From assembly GCA_965223295.1 (NCBI GenBank), contig CBDCWC010000002.1:1312001-1376000 (forward strand): DNA of 64,000 bases, in the 5' to 3' direction. Within the stretch, counting starts at the first letter, position 1. The number at the start of each line of letters is the position of its first letter. The notes below the pieces were generated by a model. The model ran no database searches. It was not told where the DNA came from and worked only from the letters and a program-made list of their open reading frames with translations. Both the position numbers and the translations under genes were made by a program. The stretch is from Nitrospirales bacterium (GTDB lineage: Bacteria > Nitrospirota > Nitrospiria > Nitrospirales > UBA8639). Shown here piece by piece: positions 10,165 to 20,506 of this stretch.

Positions 10165-10419
10165 GCCGATACCTAAATCACATTAACCCTGATTGAATGT
10201 CTGGCAGAGATATTATTTTTGTCTGATACCCTATTTTGTGAGGCGTATATAAAAGGGATAGCAAGGGGCAGATCCTATTTTTATTTCAAATCATCAACTC
10301 CTTAAGCACACTAGCTGACCACACTTTGACATCCGCCTGAAGATGAAAAGTCACATTCTCACATAACGCTCCTTACGATACCGTCCTATGTACGAATATT
10401 TCCTACCTAAAAAAAATCA

Positions 10420-11400
10420 ATGGTGACTTGTACCGATAACAAACCGCTTATTCTACTCTGTGGAATGCCTCGCTCAGGAACAACGTGGCTTGGAAAACTT
10501 TTTGATAGTGATCCTAACACTCTCTACCGACATGAACCCGATAGCATAGAGCGTCTCGCGTGGCTTCCTCTGTATATCGAACCCGAATTTGATGGACGGT
10601 CAGACCAAATTCAAGAATATATTCAATACCTTCCCAATATTTGCTCACCAAAAGTTTCTGCCTCAATGCCCGTATTCAGTAAGTCCTATATGGGACCTGT
10701 CAAGCAAACGCTGATACATCAGACATTTCGGCTCGTCAAAGTCCTCTCGTTATTTGGCATCAACCACGTCCCCCGTTACTGCGTCCCCAAAGACCATTCT
10801 TCCTATCAATTAGTATGGAAAAGCATCGAATCCGCTGGACGACTCGGGTATTTTGCCGAAGTGCTACAAAACAAACGGCTTATTTTTTTACTCAGACATC
10901 CATGTGCGATTACCAACTCTATTATTCGAGGAGGACGAAAGCAGTTCAAGGACTATGATGTCGCAGAAGATTGGGATATTTTTCAGGCCTTATTAGAATC
11001 AAAAGCAGGCAAAAGATGGGGATTTTCACTTGATGATATTCAAGACATGCGTCCTATAGAACGTATGGGTTGGAAATTTCTGGTCACAATGGAGAAGGCC
11101 GTGAAGGACTTGGAAGGCCGGAAAGACTGTAAGGTTGTTGTTTATGAAGATTTATGTGAGAATCCTGCAAAAATCATGAAAGAATTGTTTGATTTTTGTA
11201 AAATTCCTTTCGGGGAACAAACAAGTGAATTCCTCAATAGCAGTACCTCAAAAACTGATCCACAATACTATAGCGTCACCAAATTACCACTAGAAAGTGC
11301 ATACAAATGGAAAAGTGAGTTACCCCAACATGATCAACAACTCTTACTTAAATTGCTAGATCGTTCTCTGCTTGCTCAGTTCTGGACATCCCCCACCTAG
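10420..11400 (+). CDS. Sulfotransferase (PAPS-dependent)
   Basis: 5'-PSB motif GMPRSGTTWLG, HEPD, 3'-PB-like LLRHPCAITNS, YEDLCENP. Confidence 0.88.
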   Translation: MVTCTDNKPLILLCGMPRSGTTWLGKLFDSDPNTLYRHEPDSIERLAWLPLYIEPEFDGRSDQIQEYIQYLPNICSPKVSASMPVFSKSYMGPVKQTLIHQTFRLVKVLSLFGINHVPRYCVPKDHSSYQLVWKSIESAGRLGYFAEVLQNKRLIFLLRHPCAITNSIIRGGRKQFKDYDVAEDWDIFQALLESKAGKRWGFSLDDIQDMRPIERMGWKFLVTMEKAVKDLEGRKDCKVVVYEDLCENPAKIMKELFDFCKIPFGEQTSEFLNSSTSKTDPQYYSVTKLPLESAYKWKSELPQHDQQLLLKLLDRSLLAQFWTSPT

Positions 11401-11556
11401 AAATTTTTTCTCAATTTTAGAATTTTCTGAATGATGATATTGATATCGCAAAATCTTAATATTATTTTTTGAGGAAATTTTTTATTTGAACAGCCATATC
11501 AGATAACAATCCTCTTGGATCATTCAATCCACCGTCATGGAAGAAGGAGGGAGACC

Positions 11557-13248
11557 ATGAAGTTATTATCTGTTATCCTAGTATCAATTGGCATTGTGCT
11601 TGGCCTCATAATTCCAAGGCCCTCCTCGGCCACGGAGTTAAGCACCGCTGCTGCCAACCTAACTCCGGGGTCATGGGCACAACTATCTAACCCACCCACT
11701 ACCTTCTTCCGCCAGCAAGGCAGCGTCGCTTCAACCCTCTCACATTTAGGCAAAGGCACTTGGGACCCTATCACCCGACGAGCCTATTTTCTGGGGGCAG
11801 CTCGCTTTGCCCCTTCCAAACTTCACGTGTACGACGACACCTCTGGTTTATGGCGAGAAGGGGGCCGTGTACCTGGATTTCCGGGATCTTGGGGGCATGG
11901 GTATAATCACAATGCCCTCGATACCGGCAGCGGGATTCTCGGCTATATGCGTCCAGGTCCCTCCACTCTCCAACTGTATAACATTCCAATCCGACAAACT
12001 ATCAGCATCACGAATACCTGGGAACTTGTCAGTACTGGACAAAATGATGGCAGCATTGTCGAATCGCTTGCCTTTTTTCCAGAACGCGGAACTTGGATAG
12101 TGGCTGATGGCACCTTTGGCCATATCCGTGAATATAATCCCGACACTGACAATTGGAGTGTCATTACCACAAAACCCACTTGTTTCGGCACAACGGGAAC
12201 CTATCATACATTTGCCATGTATCTCCCGTTACGAGGAGAAATCGCCTTTGGTGGAGGCAATTCCTCAACCACCCCCCACCGCAGATGGTGCACGATAGAT
12301 AATGCAGGAACAGTTGTACAGCAACCGGACGCCCCGACTTTCTTAACGATTCCAGCTAATATTGGTGTCGGGGTTATCATTTCTGTGGACCCAGTGTCTG
12401 GAGACCTTCTTGTCCTCACTCAAGACGGGAAGCTTTATGCCTATGATTTTCTAACAGAGGTCTGGGGACTAGCCAATGATGTCGGAAGACCGAGCGTTTT
12501 TAGTAATTCGTTTAATAATGTTGTCAATTCGGTGGCAATTCCCATCAGCACATACGGAGTAAACATGTATGGGAAGGCTGTTGGAGAAGAAGCAGAAATT
12601 TGGATCTATAAGCATAGCCCAGGGAGTGGCACACCACCTCCGCCACCTCCGCCGCCGCCAACACCGACACTGCCTCCTAGCCTTGCTAGTCCCGCTCCTG
12701 GTTCAACTCTTCCAGGGTCTGCAGCAACCTTTACCTGGGAGCCCAACAATACCGCCGTCAGCGAGTGGTGGCTGTATGTCGGAAGTTCGCGAGAGGGGAA
12801 GAATTTCTTCAACAGCGGGTCTATTGGCAGCGGCACCCTATCCCAGGCTGTTGCCACATTACCCACGAACGGACAACAAGTGTGGGTCCGCCTATGGTGG
12901 AAAACTGGCGGCACCTGGCAGTCAGAGGATTACACCTATACTGCCGCTAGCGGTGGGAATACGCCAGCACTCAGTACCCCCTCCCCCCAATCAACTCTAC
13001 CTGGCCCATCTGCAACCTTTACCTGGGAGCCTAATAATGCAGCAGTAAGTGAATGGTGGCTGTATGTTGGGAGCTCACAAGAGGGGAAGAATTTCTTTAA
13101 CAGCGGATCTATTGGCAGCAGTACTCTATCCCAGACTGTCGCCACGTTACCCACGAACGGGCAACAAGTGTGGGTCCGTCTATGGTGGAAGATCAACGGC
13201 ACATGGCAGTCCGCGGACTACACTTTTACAGCCGCAACTTCTCCATAA
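11557..13248 (+). CDS. Secreted protein: kelch-like propeller + poly-Pro linker + 2 Trp-rich Ig-like modules
   Basis: ATG 11557 after AAGGAGG; signal peptide; N-domain paralogous to the 6177 protein (WDPxT, HGYxHNA, DPxSGDLLVLTQ, PISTYGV, WxYKH); two FTWEPNNxAVSEWWLYVG modules. Confidence 0.85.
   Translation: MKLLSVILVSIGIVLGLIIPRPSSATELSTAAANLTPGSWAQLSNPPTTFFRQQGSVASTLSHLGKGTWDPITRRAYFLGAARFAPSKLHVYDDTSGLWREGGRVPGFPGSWGHGYNHNALDTGSGILGYMRPGPSTLQLYNIPIRQTISITNTWELVSTGQNDGSIVESLAFFPERGTWIVADGTFGHIREYNPDTDNWSVITTKPTCFGTTGTYHTFAMYLPLRGEIAFGGGNSSTTPHRRWCTIDNAGTVVQQPDAPTFLTIPANIGVGVIISVDPVSGDLLVLTQDGKLYAYDFLTEVWGLANDVGRPSVFSNSFNNVVNSVAIPISTYGVNMYGKAVGEEAEIWIYKHSPGSGTPPPPPPPPPTPTLPPSLASPAPGSTLPGSAATFTWEPNNTAVSEWWLYVGSSREGKNFFNSGSIGSGTLSQAVATLPTNGQQVWVRLWWKTGGTWQSEDYTYTAASGGNTPALSTPSPQSTLPGPSATFTWEPNNAAVSEWWLYVGSSQEGKNFFNSGSIGSSTLSQTVATLPTNGQQVWVRLWWKINGTWQSADYTFTAATSP
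12673..13236 (+). repeat. Tandem near-identical about 95-aa Trp-rich modules; third copy at about 5292-5573
   Basis: Near-identical DNA such as GAGGGGAAGAATTTCTT(C/T)AACAGCGG and CAACAAGTGTGGGTCCG in both copies. Confidence 0.9.
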
Positions 13249-13326
13249 GAACTCCGGACTTCAGTATGAGAATAATATTTTTATCAACTTACAGAAGTTT
13301 TTGAAAAGCTTAACTACGAATATGTG

Positions 13327-13357
13327 AGGATGGGGCAGATATTTGCCCCATCCTTTT
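13327..13357 (+). terminator. Intrinsic terminator
   Basis: Perfect 11-bp stem AGGATGGGGCA / TGCCCCATCCT followed by TTT, after the 11557-13248 CDS. Confidence 0.75.
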
Positions 13358-13371
13358 CAGAAAACAGTACG

Positions 13372-13512
13372 GGGTACCTCTAAAAACTGATGATTTTTTC
13401 TGAGGGCAAGGAAGCGGCGCGAGGAAAACCGGAGTGTATGGGGCAATACATGAGGATTTGAGCACGACGCTGACGCCGCCATCGGGGAAAAGGATAGTTT
13501 TTAGAGGTGCCC
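13372..13512. mobile_element. MITE-like palindromic element, family 2 (141 bp)
   Basis: Terminal inverted repeats GGGTACCTCTAAAAACT / AGTTTTTAGAGGTGCCC (16/17); flanks TACG / TACA; non-coding. Confidence 0.75.
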
Positions 13513-13854
13513 TACAAGCTTTACCCTGTCTCAGATCAGGTCAAATTCGCTTCATTCCATAACAACTGAAGTGTTTACTGGTTCTGCGTGTAAGAGCAAT
13601 ATAGAATAATTCCACTTCAAAAGCAGAGCATCCGCTCTGCTAGATAAGCACCCGCCGTCTCAATTTCCCTCACGATGAAATTGTTTTGAGTTCCTAAAGC
13701 CCCTTCTGTTGGATACATCCGTCAAAGAAATCTCCTCCGCGAACTAAAAACATTTAGAGATAACTGCATCAACCTTCTCAAACAATACCCCTTTGTCCGG
13801 AGTGTGCAAAACACACCGCAATCTCTTTCCAGAAAACTCATCCGATTAGCTTCT

Positions 13855-14043
13855 GGAAGTGTCGAATCATGAAGATATCAAAGGTCAAATTTCGCCAAGA
13901 GGCCCTTAGCGATCAACAGCGGCGGGTCTGTTCAAAAAAGTCCGCTCGCCTGCGCGAAGCCGCTTTCAGCCTTCGTCGCCACTACGACGAAGAAGGCCCG
14001 GCGAAGGCAGGAAACGCCGCTGGCGGATTTTTTCAACAGCCCC
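13855..14043 (+). mobile_element. MITE family 1, copy A (nested hairpin core)
   Basis: Homologous to 20104-20276, 28567-28746 and 31914-32103; ends GGAAGTGTCGAATCA...TTTTTTCAACAGCCCC; flanks CTTCT/CTTTG are not an exact duplication. Confidence 0.8.
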
Positions 14044-14260
14044 CTTTGGGAAGTTGTCAACTTTCAGAATATCTGCATTGAGCTCAGGCTATGAGATGGA
14101 CATATACATAAGGATTTAAACCAGAGCAGAGGCTTAAGATTATCGCCAATCATTCCGAAACAAAAGACGGAAGGCATGTGCTGGTATTGTCTGTTTTCGA
14201 GGAAAGCACTATTCCGCTTCACATTTAAACAACTACTAGGAACTCCGTTGACCGGGAGTA

Positions 14261-15115
14261 TTGACCTACATGAGTCCTAACATCGTAAGCAAGTCATCAG
14301 AAGAGACTAAAGAGCAGTGGGATACTTCAACAAATGACGAATTTCTTGACTATTACAGCGAAGCAAGCCTAACAGCTGAAACCCTTGGCCGCTTCGAACG
14401 TCTTGTCGAGCTTGTTGTCAAGGCACTCCAACGTGAAGGGCGATCAGGCCCCTTCGAAGTAGCTGACATTGGGGCCGGTGCGGGTACCTTATCGAGAATA
14501 TTTGCTCATGCTGGCCACAAAGTGGCGAGCATAGAAATTAGCAAAGATTTAAGTGAAATTGCCCGCCAACGGGCACAAGATGAAAGTCTCGACATCACAT
14601 TTATAAATTGTAGCGCAACAAACATAGCCTTGTCCCCGAGGAGCGTGGATATTTGCGTTCTTCCTGAACTCTTAGAACATGTTAAAGATTGGGAGGGATG
14701 TCTCGACGAGGCGGGGCGTATCCTTCGCCCTGGTGGTGTGCTTTACCTAAGTACCACAAATACTCTTTGCCCTCGACAAGAAGAATTTAATCTTCCTTTG
14801 TATAGTTGGTATCCAGGATTTCTGAAACGTTACTATGAAAATTTGGCATTCACGACCAGACCAGAAATCGCCAATTATGCTAAATACCCTGCGGTCAATT
14901 GGTTTACTTTCTATAGTTTACAAACGGCATTGCGGAAACGAGGGTTCGATCGATTTCTCGACAGGTCAGATATGATCGAACTTCGTGTTACAGGAAGCTC
15001 AAAAGCCCATGTCGCAAAATTGATTCAGACGATACCCTTCATGCGACTCGCACTTCAATTTCTCACGCCAAACTCTTTAATCCTGGCATTTAAGGCAGGG
15101 GAGTCTTCCCAATAA
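14261..15115 (+). CDS. Class I SAM-dependent methyltransferase (UbiG-like fold)
   Basis: VADIGAGAG motif I, ELLEHV, RILRPGGVLYL; start TTG 14261 or ATG 14270. Confidence 0.85.
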   Translation: MTYMSPNIVSKSSEETKEQWDTSTNDEFLDYYSEASLTAETLGRFERLVELVVKALQREGRSGPFEVADIGAGAGTLSRIFAHAGHKVASIEISKDLSEIARQRAQDESLDITFINCSATNIALSPRSVDICVLPELLEHVKDWEGCLDEAGRILRPGGVLYLSTTNTLCPRQEEFNLPLYSWYPGFLKRYYENLAFTTRPEIANYAKYPAVNWFTFYSLQTALRKRGFDRFLDRSDMIELRVTGSSKAHVAKLIQTIPFMRLALQFLTPNSLILAFKAGESSQ

Positions 15116-15160
15116 AACTTCCAAGTCTTCAACAAGAAATTTTGAGGTTTGCATCTAGCA

Positions 15161-16009
15161 TTATGCCTTAGACTCGTAAAGCTTAAAAATCCAATGCTTA
15201 TTCTTGACGGGGACTAATTTTCCTGTCATTGCGTTAATCACTCCACATGCCATCGTGACGGGCGTTCTAGGGGACGGAACAAATCGGTCATTTCCGCATT
15301 GTGGACAGGCCGCACCGTCAACCCAATTCCATCTATCTCCAAATTGCTGATTTATCCAAAGAGCAACGCTGTTCATATAGGGATGTCGCTTACCATAATA
15401 TTGAGTCTGCTTCACCCTAAATGTTGGAAACAGTGAGTTGAGAAATGGATTAGAAAACCTTCTAAGATGTCCCCAAATATTGAAGATATGTCCGCATTCA
15501 CCACATTTCGTATTGCCTCGCCTAAGGTCTTCCTTATAAGGAACAGAAATTAAGATGAATTTCTTTGCAACGCGTTGGATTTCTGCAACCGTTGCCGTAA
15601 ACATAGCATCAGAAAAATGCTCCAACACCTCACAGCACATCACAAGATCAAACGAACTATCAGAAAATGGCAGGGAAAGGGAGCTCCCACAAACCCCAGT
15701 TCCGCAAAAATTTCGTGCAGATAAATTTGAATAGTCCAATCCAAAAACCTTTACTTTTTGCTGCATAGACTTCATCATCCGTCCGTCGCCACAGCCAACA
15801 TCAAGAAGAGTATGGATATCAGATGGGATTAAGCGTTCTACTGTCTCTATCCGCCCCTGTTCTCTATCAGAAATATAAGAAGAACCATTTTCTTTGTCAG
15901 ACCAAAAAAAATCACCTGTTTTTCTTGGGACGGCAACATACGACAGATTTGAATGTTGGGAAATATCTAATTTACGACTATCCATCATTTGCGCAATCCT
16001 CCATGACAA
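15161..16009 (-). CDS. Class I SAM-dependent methyltransferase with CxxC motifs
   Basis: LLDVGCGDG, LPFSDSSFDLVMCCEVLEH; CGECGH and CPQCGN; start uncertain. Confidence 0.82.
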   Translation of the reverse strand: MSWRIAQMMDSRKLDISQHSNLSYVAVPRKTGDFFWSDKENGSSYISDREQGRIETVERLIPSDIHTLLDVGCGDGRMMKSMQQKVKVFGLDYSNLSARNFCGTGVCGSSLSLPFSDSSFDLVMCCEVLEHFSDAMFTATVAEIQRVAKKFILISVPYKEDLRRGNTKCGECGHIFNIWGHLRRFSNPFLNSLFPTFRVKQTQYYGKRHPYMNSVALWINQQFGDRWNWVDGAACPQCGNDRFVPSPRTPVTMACGVINAMTGKLVPVKNKHWIFKLYESKA

Positions 16010-16327
16010 CTGTAATCAGCCCCACCAATCTAACGATGAGATCCTTCTCACGACCAAGTACAATTTTCTCTTCAGAGCAAAAAAGTCTTTTTTTCAGGGC
16101 TGATTTTCTATGAATTTCTTTGGCAAGCCAGGCCAAACACAATGGAGGGGGACTATGGGTGCGGCGGAATCACATACTTACTGAATACATTTGTTTTTCA
16201 GCCACTTCAGAGCAGACCATACCCGACTTGCTAACTGGGGGATGTGCAAGAATACCTCATCTATTTGGCTGACTCAAGAACTGGGGAGGGGGCAGTAATC
16301 TTTCAACCACTATCGGGAGCTAATCTG

Positions 16328-17494
16328 TCAACATCGTTCTAATTCTTTCAACAGTTGCCATGTTCCGGTCTCCGTTCCATGCATAATCTGATACCATGAA
16401 CAGAAACGTCGCATGCTCTCCGAAAAATTCACAATAGGAACATAGCCAAGTGCTTGCTTTGCCGAATCACAAAGATGCCGCACGTTTCTCCGCTGTTGAG
16501 AAATCAACCGCATATGATAGGAAGGTGAACCATGTATCCTCTCAACGGTCACACCTCCACCTAAGGTTAATCGTAAATGTTCTTCCAGATCAGGAAATTT
16601 GGCAATCGCCTTACGAGGAACAGACAGCATTTTCTTAAGAATCGGGTCCTTGGCTAAAGCGGTTCGGACGTCATCCGAGGCCATATGCTTAAGACTCTTC
16701 CATAAAGAGGAGGATTCAGAGGTCTTGGTCGCGACTCCATTCATTGTCATGTCATCTAATACCGGGATTTCTACCTCATTCTTCACACTGCCAACGAGCG
16801 CATTCGCGAGTTCTTTCCATGATACCTCTTCATCATCCGTAATAAAATACCGTTCTCCGGTTCCGACGGTTGCTTCCAAAGATAATTGAATGGCATGAAC
16901 TAAATTGTCGACATCGACAAGATTGACTGGAGTTTGACCATCAGACAAAAAGGCAAATCTTCCGGCTTGGATCGTTCGTAAGACCTCTAAACAAAAATAT
17001 GAATAAGGGCCAGTAATATTCGGAGGACATAAGATAATGCTTGGCAGCCCAGAACCATGAGCCTTTTGGACCAGTTGGTCTTGTTTTAACTTGATCCAAC
17101 CATAGCTCCCTTTTTCTGGATGGGTTTCGGCCGTTTCTCTCTCACTTGCAGCAGGAGGAGGATCTCCATACACTGCAACACTACTCAGATGCACAAACCT
17201 TTTGACTTCTTCTTCTTTCGCTATCATTAACAAATTCTGAAGTCCCTTGATCATCAACTCTTCAGAACCCCGGGTACAATTGACAATATGAGAGCATCCC
17301 TTTACTGCCTGGCGAATGGAATCTGTAGAAAGTAAGTCTGCAACTTGCAGACTAAAATTCCTTCGAGCCAACCGCCATGCACTTCCACTGGAGTGGATAA
17401 TGGGAACCACATCAAATTTAGAAGCTTGCGCCATGCTTTTCTCGACAAATGCTGAACCAACAAAACCAGATGCGCCAAATACTGCAACTTTCAT
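16328..17494 (-). CDS. NAD-dependent epimerase/dehydratase (extended SDR)
   Basis: GASGFVG, HLSSVAVYG, YGWIK (YxxxK). Confidence 0.88.
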   Translation of the reverse strand: MKVAVFGASGFVGSAFVEKSMAQASKFDVVPIIHSSGSAWRLARRNFSLQVADLLSTDSIRQAVKGCSHIVNCTRGSEELMIKGLQNLLMIAKEEEVKRFVHLSSVAVYGDPPPAASERETAETHPEKGSYGWIKLKQDQLVQKAHGSGLPSIILCPPNITGPYSYFCLEVLRTIQAGRFAFLSDGQTPVNLVDVDNLVHAIQLSLEATVGTGERYFITDDEEVSWKELANALVGSVKNEVEIPVLDDMTMNGVATKTSESSSLWKSLKHMASDDVRTALAKDPILKKMLSVPRKAIAKFPDLEEHLRLTLGGGVTVERIHGSPSYHMRLISQQRRNVRHLCDSAKQALGYVPIVNFSESMRRFCSWYQIMHGTETGTWQLLKELERC

Positions 17495-17498
17495 ATCG

Positions 17499-18539
17499 TC
17501 ATATTCCCTGGGTAACTGGGTTCATATTATTGAGCAGCGATTCTTTCCTTTGATACGCCGCTTGAATAAACTCCAATGATCTTTTCCCTTCGTCGGCTGA
17601 AATTAATGGCTGAGACTTGTTTCGACAGGCATTAACAAAATTGCGTAATTGGCGCTGAAAGACATTCATGGTCGCGAACTCATCAGGTGAAGTATTTGAC
17701 ATCACTTGCATTTTCAATTCCGGTTTATCCTTCGGAATAAACACCAATGGCTCATGATCGGTTTCCTTCAGAATCAATTTACCTTGGGTCGTTTCTAAAA
17801 CCAACCCGCCCGGCAACCAAACCGTTTTCGAAAACCGAGCCACACCGCTGATTTCTTTTCCAGCCCGGCGAAAAGTCATTTCTAATTTCGCATTGGCTTC
17901 AGGTCCTCCCATGGAATCATCCCAATATTTGAAGTCGTCAGGATATCCAAAAAAATGCAGCATTCGATCAATAAAATGTGAGCCCGAGACGATTAACACC
18001 CCACCCCCAGCAGCTCCTGCATCTAAGTGATAGCCAGACAGCGATGGCCATCCTCCTGGCGTACCAAATTGATAGGCAAAACTCGTTAACTCGCCAAAGT
18101 ACTGATCATCAATGCAAACTTTCGCCAGCTTCACATTGTCACGAAACCGAGTACAGTAGCCAATGGCCACAGTGAGCCCTGTACTCTTAGTCATTTCCGA
18201 AATCTGACAGGCATCCTCCCAGGAAGCCGAAATTGGTTTTTCAATAAGAACATGGATGTTTTTCTGCAGACAGTACTTCGTAATCATCGCATGAGTATGG
18301 TTTGGTGAAGCGATAATCACAGCATCCAAATCACAAGAAACTTCCTCGATACTTTTGGCAATCTCTGCATCCATCCCAAAAAGATTGTGTATTTGCCGAG
18401 CACGATCATACTCAGGATCAATAAGCGCGTCTACACGAACATCTGTGAAACTGAGAGCGGCTGGTATATGCGACTGTTGGCTAATAAGACCAACACCAAC
18501 AATACCTATTCGAAATGGCTTTTTGTTAAGCATGAGCAA
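17499..18539 (-). CDS. Gfo/Idh/MocA family oxidoreductase
   Basis: IGIVGVGLIS, ASPNHTH, HVLIEKP. Confidence 0.88.
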   Translation of the reverse strand: MLMLNKKPFRIGIVGVGLISQQSHIPAALSFTDVRVDALIDPEYDRARQIHNLFGMDAEIAKSIEEVSCDLDAVIIASPNHTHAMITKYCLQKNIHVLIEKPISASWEDACQISEMTKSTGLTVAIGYCTRFRDNVKLAKVCIDDQYFGELTSFAYQFGTPGGWPSLSGYHLDAGAAGGGVLIVSGSHFIDRMLHFFGYPDDFKYWDDSMGGPEANAKLEMTFRRAGKEISGVARFSKTVWLPGGLVLETTQGKLILKETDHEPLVFIPKDKPELKMQVMSNTSPDEFATMNVFQRQLRNFVNACRNKSQPLISADEGKRSLEFIQAAYQRKESLLNNMNPVTQGI

Positions 18540-18801
18540 CCTTTCTGATTATCATCACACGGATAGCAAAATAGATTGCTGTGAAACATTTCATAAAAAC
18601 AATACCTAAAAATACCTAATTTCACAAAATAAGCCCTCGACTGACCTCAACCACATAGGATTCCCATAAACAAGAGTCAATAATGTGACCTTTCGTATAT
18701 TTCAAGGCCTCTAGGAATCAGTCTACTAAGATGGCTCATATTGTTGAAAAAATTGAAAGGATTCCCAAATCTTCAGTACAACTCAGTCGAGCTCTTAATA
18801 A

Positions 18802-19914
18802 TTACTCCATACTCTGATGTTGCCCAAGAAGATCCTTGAAGGCAGGAGATTGCACTAATGCTTCGACAACCTTTCCAGCCATCACACGACTCCCAGCATC
18901 TTTAAAATGCACGGAATCATTAAAATGCTGATTATCACCAGGTATACTCATCTCCGCTTCGATTAAAATAACGTTCTCTGCATGCGTGGTTTCTCGAATA
19001 ACACGGTTATATTCCTCAAATATTTCAAAAAACCCCTCTGGAGTCATAAAGGGCATATAATACAGCGACGTATTCATCGCTTGAATTTGCTCTTCTAGAC
19101 TTTGCTCGCGGCGGAACTTATACGAAAAGGTTCCAAGGGCCACAACAGGAGCAATTGAGCGACTAACCCTAACAAGTTCTTCAAGCCTCTGTTGAAACCC
19201 AACAGCCAACTCATCAGCCTGAAATGCTAATATTTGACGTGATGTCAAGACGCGGGTTTTTTTCTTGTATAGCTGCCAATTTTTTTCAATTAAAAACCAG
19301 GAAAGCAACCATTGGCCCAACCAACTTTCCTCTTCCGATAAGCCAGAAATCACGCCCTGCCTGCTTGCTAACATCCGCGTATCGTAACTGATATCGTTAG
19401 TGGCGTGATAGACCACAATCACATCCGGGCGAAGTTGCTTGACTCGATTTTCCAAGGTCACAAGCGAATCTTGAACAGCATATCCAGGAACGGCAGCATT
19501 TAGATAATCAAAGGTGATATTGGGATAGGATTCCTGTAGTTGCTTCCACACGAGGTGTGGCCACGTCAGCTCGTTTGAGCTCACTTCAGCACACCAGGTG
19601 GTCGACCCACCAAGAAATGCTAGGCGAATAGTCTGATCAGGTTTTGGATTGACGAGTTCCGGACTGCGAAACCCAAGAGAATTCACCGTTATCCTTCCAG
19701 TTGAAGAGTTGGCCACAGGAATTCGAAGTCCAGTTTGCGAGTCGACGGTGAAACTTTGCAATGAAGTGGGAGACCCATACTTTATCCATTGTCTCGCCCG
19801 TACGGCCAACTCCAGTGCAGTTATCGAAAAAACAAAGCTAACCAGGATCGCGACAAATCCAAGCAGCCCCTTTGAGGAGCCAGATGTCTTATGACTTAGG
19901 TTAGGTGAAAACAA
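18802..19914 (-). CDS. Membrane-anchored SGNH/GDSL hydrolase family protein
   Basis: N-terminal TM, NSLGFR, LGGSTT (block I), HATND, DSVH (DxxH). Confidence 0.82.
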   Translation of the reverse strand: MFSPNLSHKTSGSSKGLLGFVAILVSFVFSITALELAVRARQWIKYGSPTSLQSFTVDSQTGLRIPVANSSTGRITVNSLGFRSPELVNPKPDQTIRLAFLGGSTTWCAEVSSNELTWPHLVWKQLQESYPNITFDYLNAAVPGYAVQDSLVTLENRVKQLRPDVIVVYHATNDISYDTRMLASRQGVISGLSEEESWLGQWLLSWFLIEKNWQLYKKKTRVLTSRQILAFQADELAVGFQQRLEELVRVSRSIAPVVALGTFSYKFRREQSLEEQIQAMNTSLYYMPFMTPEGFFEIFEEYNRVIRETTHAENVILIEAEMSIPGDNQHFNDSVHFKDAGSRVMAGKVVEALVQSPAFKDLLGQHQSME

Positions 19915-20103
19915 TTGCCGTCCCTACGGAAAAATGTCCAACGAAAAAATTAAAAGACTGAATTCATATTCACGAAATCTCTGGAACACAGGCGCAGAAG
20001 GTTAGAGTTTTATCGTTTAGGATCTCCAAACTGCAACTTTACCTTTATTGCCTCGCAAGAGCACGGCCACCGACAGAGCCACAGAAGCCAGTGATTTCAT
20101 AAA

Positions 20104-20276
20104 GGGTCTTAAAAAAATCCGCCAGCGGCGGTCTCTGCCTCTGCCGCAGTGGCTACGAAGGCTGAAATCAGCTTCGCGCAGGCGAAGGGACTTTTTTGAA
20201 TAGACCCGACGTCGTTGGTCGCTAAGAGCTTCATAGCAAAATATGGCATTTGATATCTTCATGATTCAACACTTCC
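20104..20276 (-). mobile_element. MITE family 1, copy B
   Basis: Reverse-complement homologue of 13855-14043; flanked by direct repeat ATAAA (20099-20103 and 20277-20281). Confidence 0.82.
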
Positions 20277-20506
20277 ATAAACAAAGCTCTTCTTTAGAAT
20301 GGTGTCTGGCAATCCTTCTCAACCAACTACATCAATTATGAAAGATCAACCAAATACTAAGCATGAACTAACGCCATACTGAAAAACCGAGGCGGCAAGG
20401 GGGCGAAAATCTCATTCATCTTGGAAGGACAGAATAGGTAGTGAAGCTCAGATTGCCAAGTATTGATTGAAGAAAACCTTGGCTAAGATAATAGAAGATA
20501 CGAATT

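Noticed and set aside
13622-13641. Perfect 8-bp hairpin AGCAGAGC-ATCC-GCTCTGCT
   Set aside because: No U-tract, single copy, no adjacent gene end; function unsupported
13869-14081. Mutually similar small ORFs (13869-14081, 20017-20262, 28571-28795, 31905-32105) that look like a peptide family
   Set aside because: The similarity is explained by the MITE DNA; frames differ between copy pairs and indels break them
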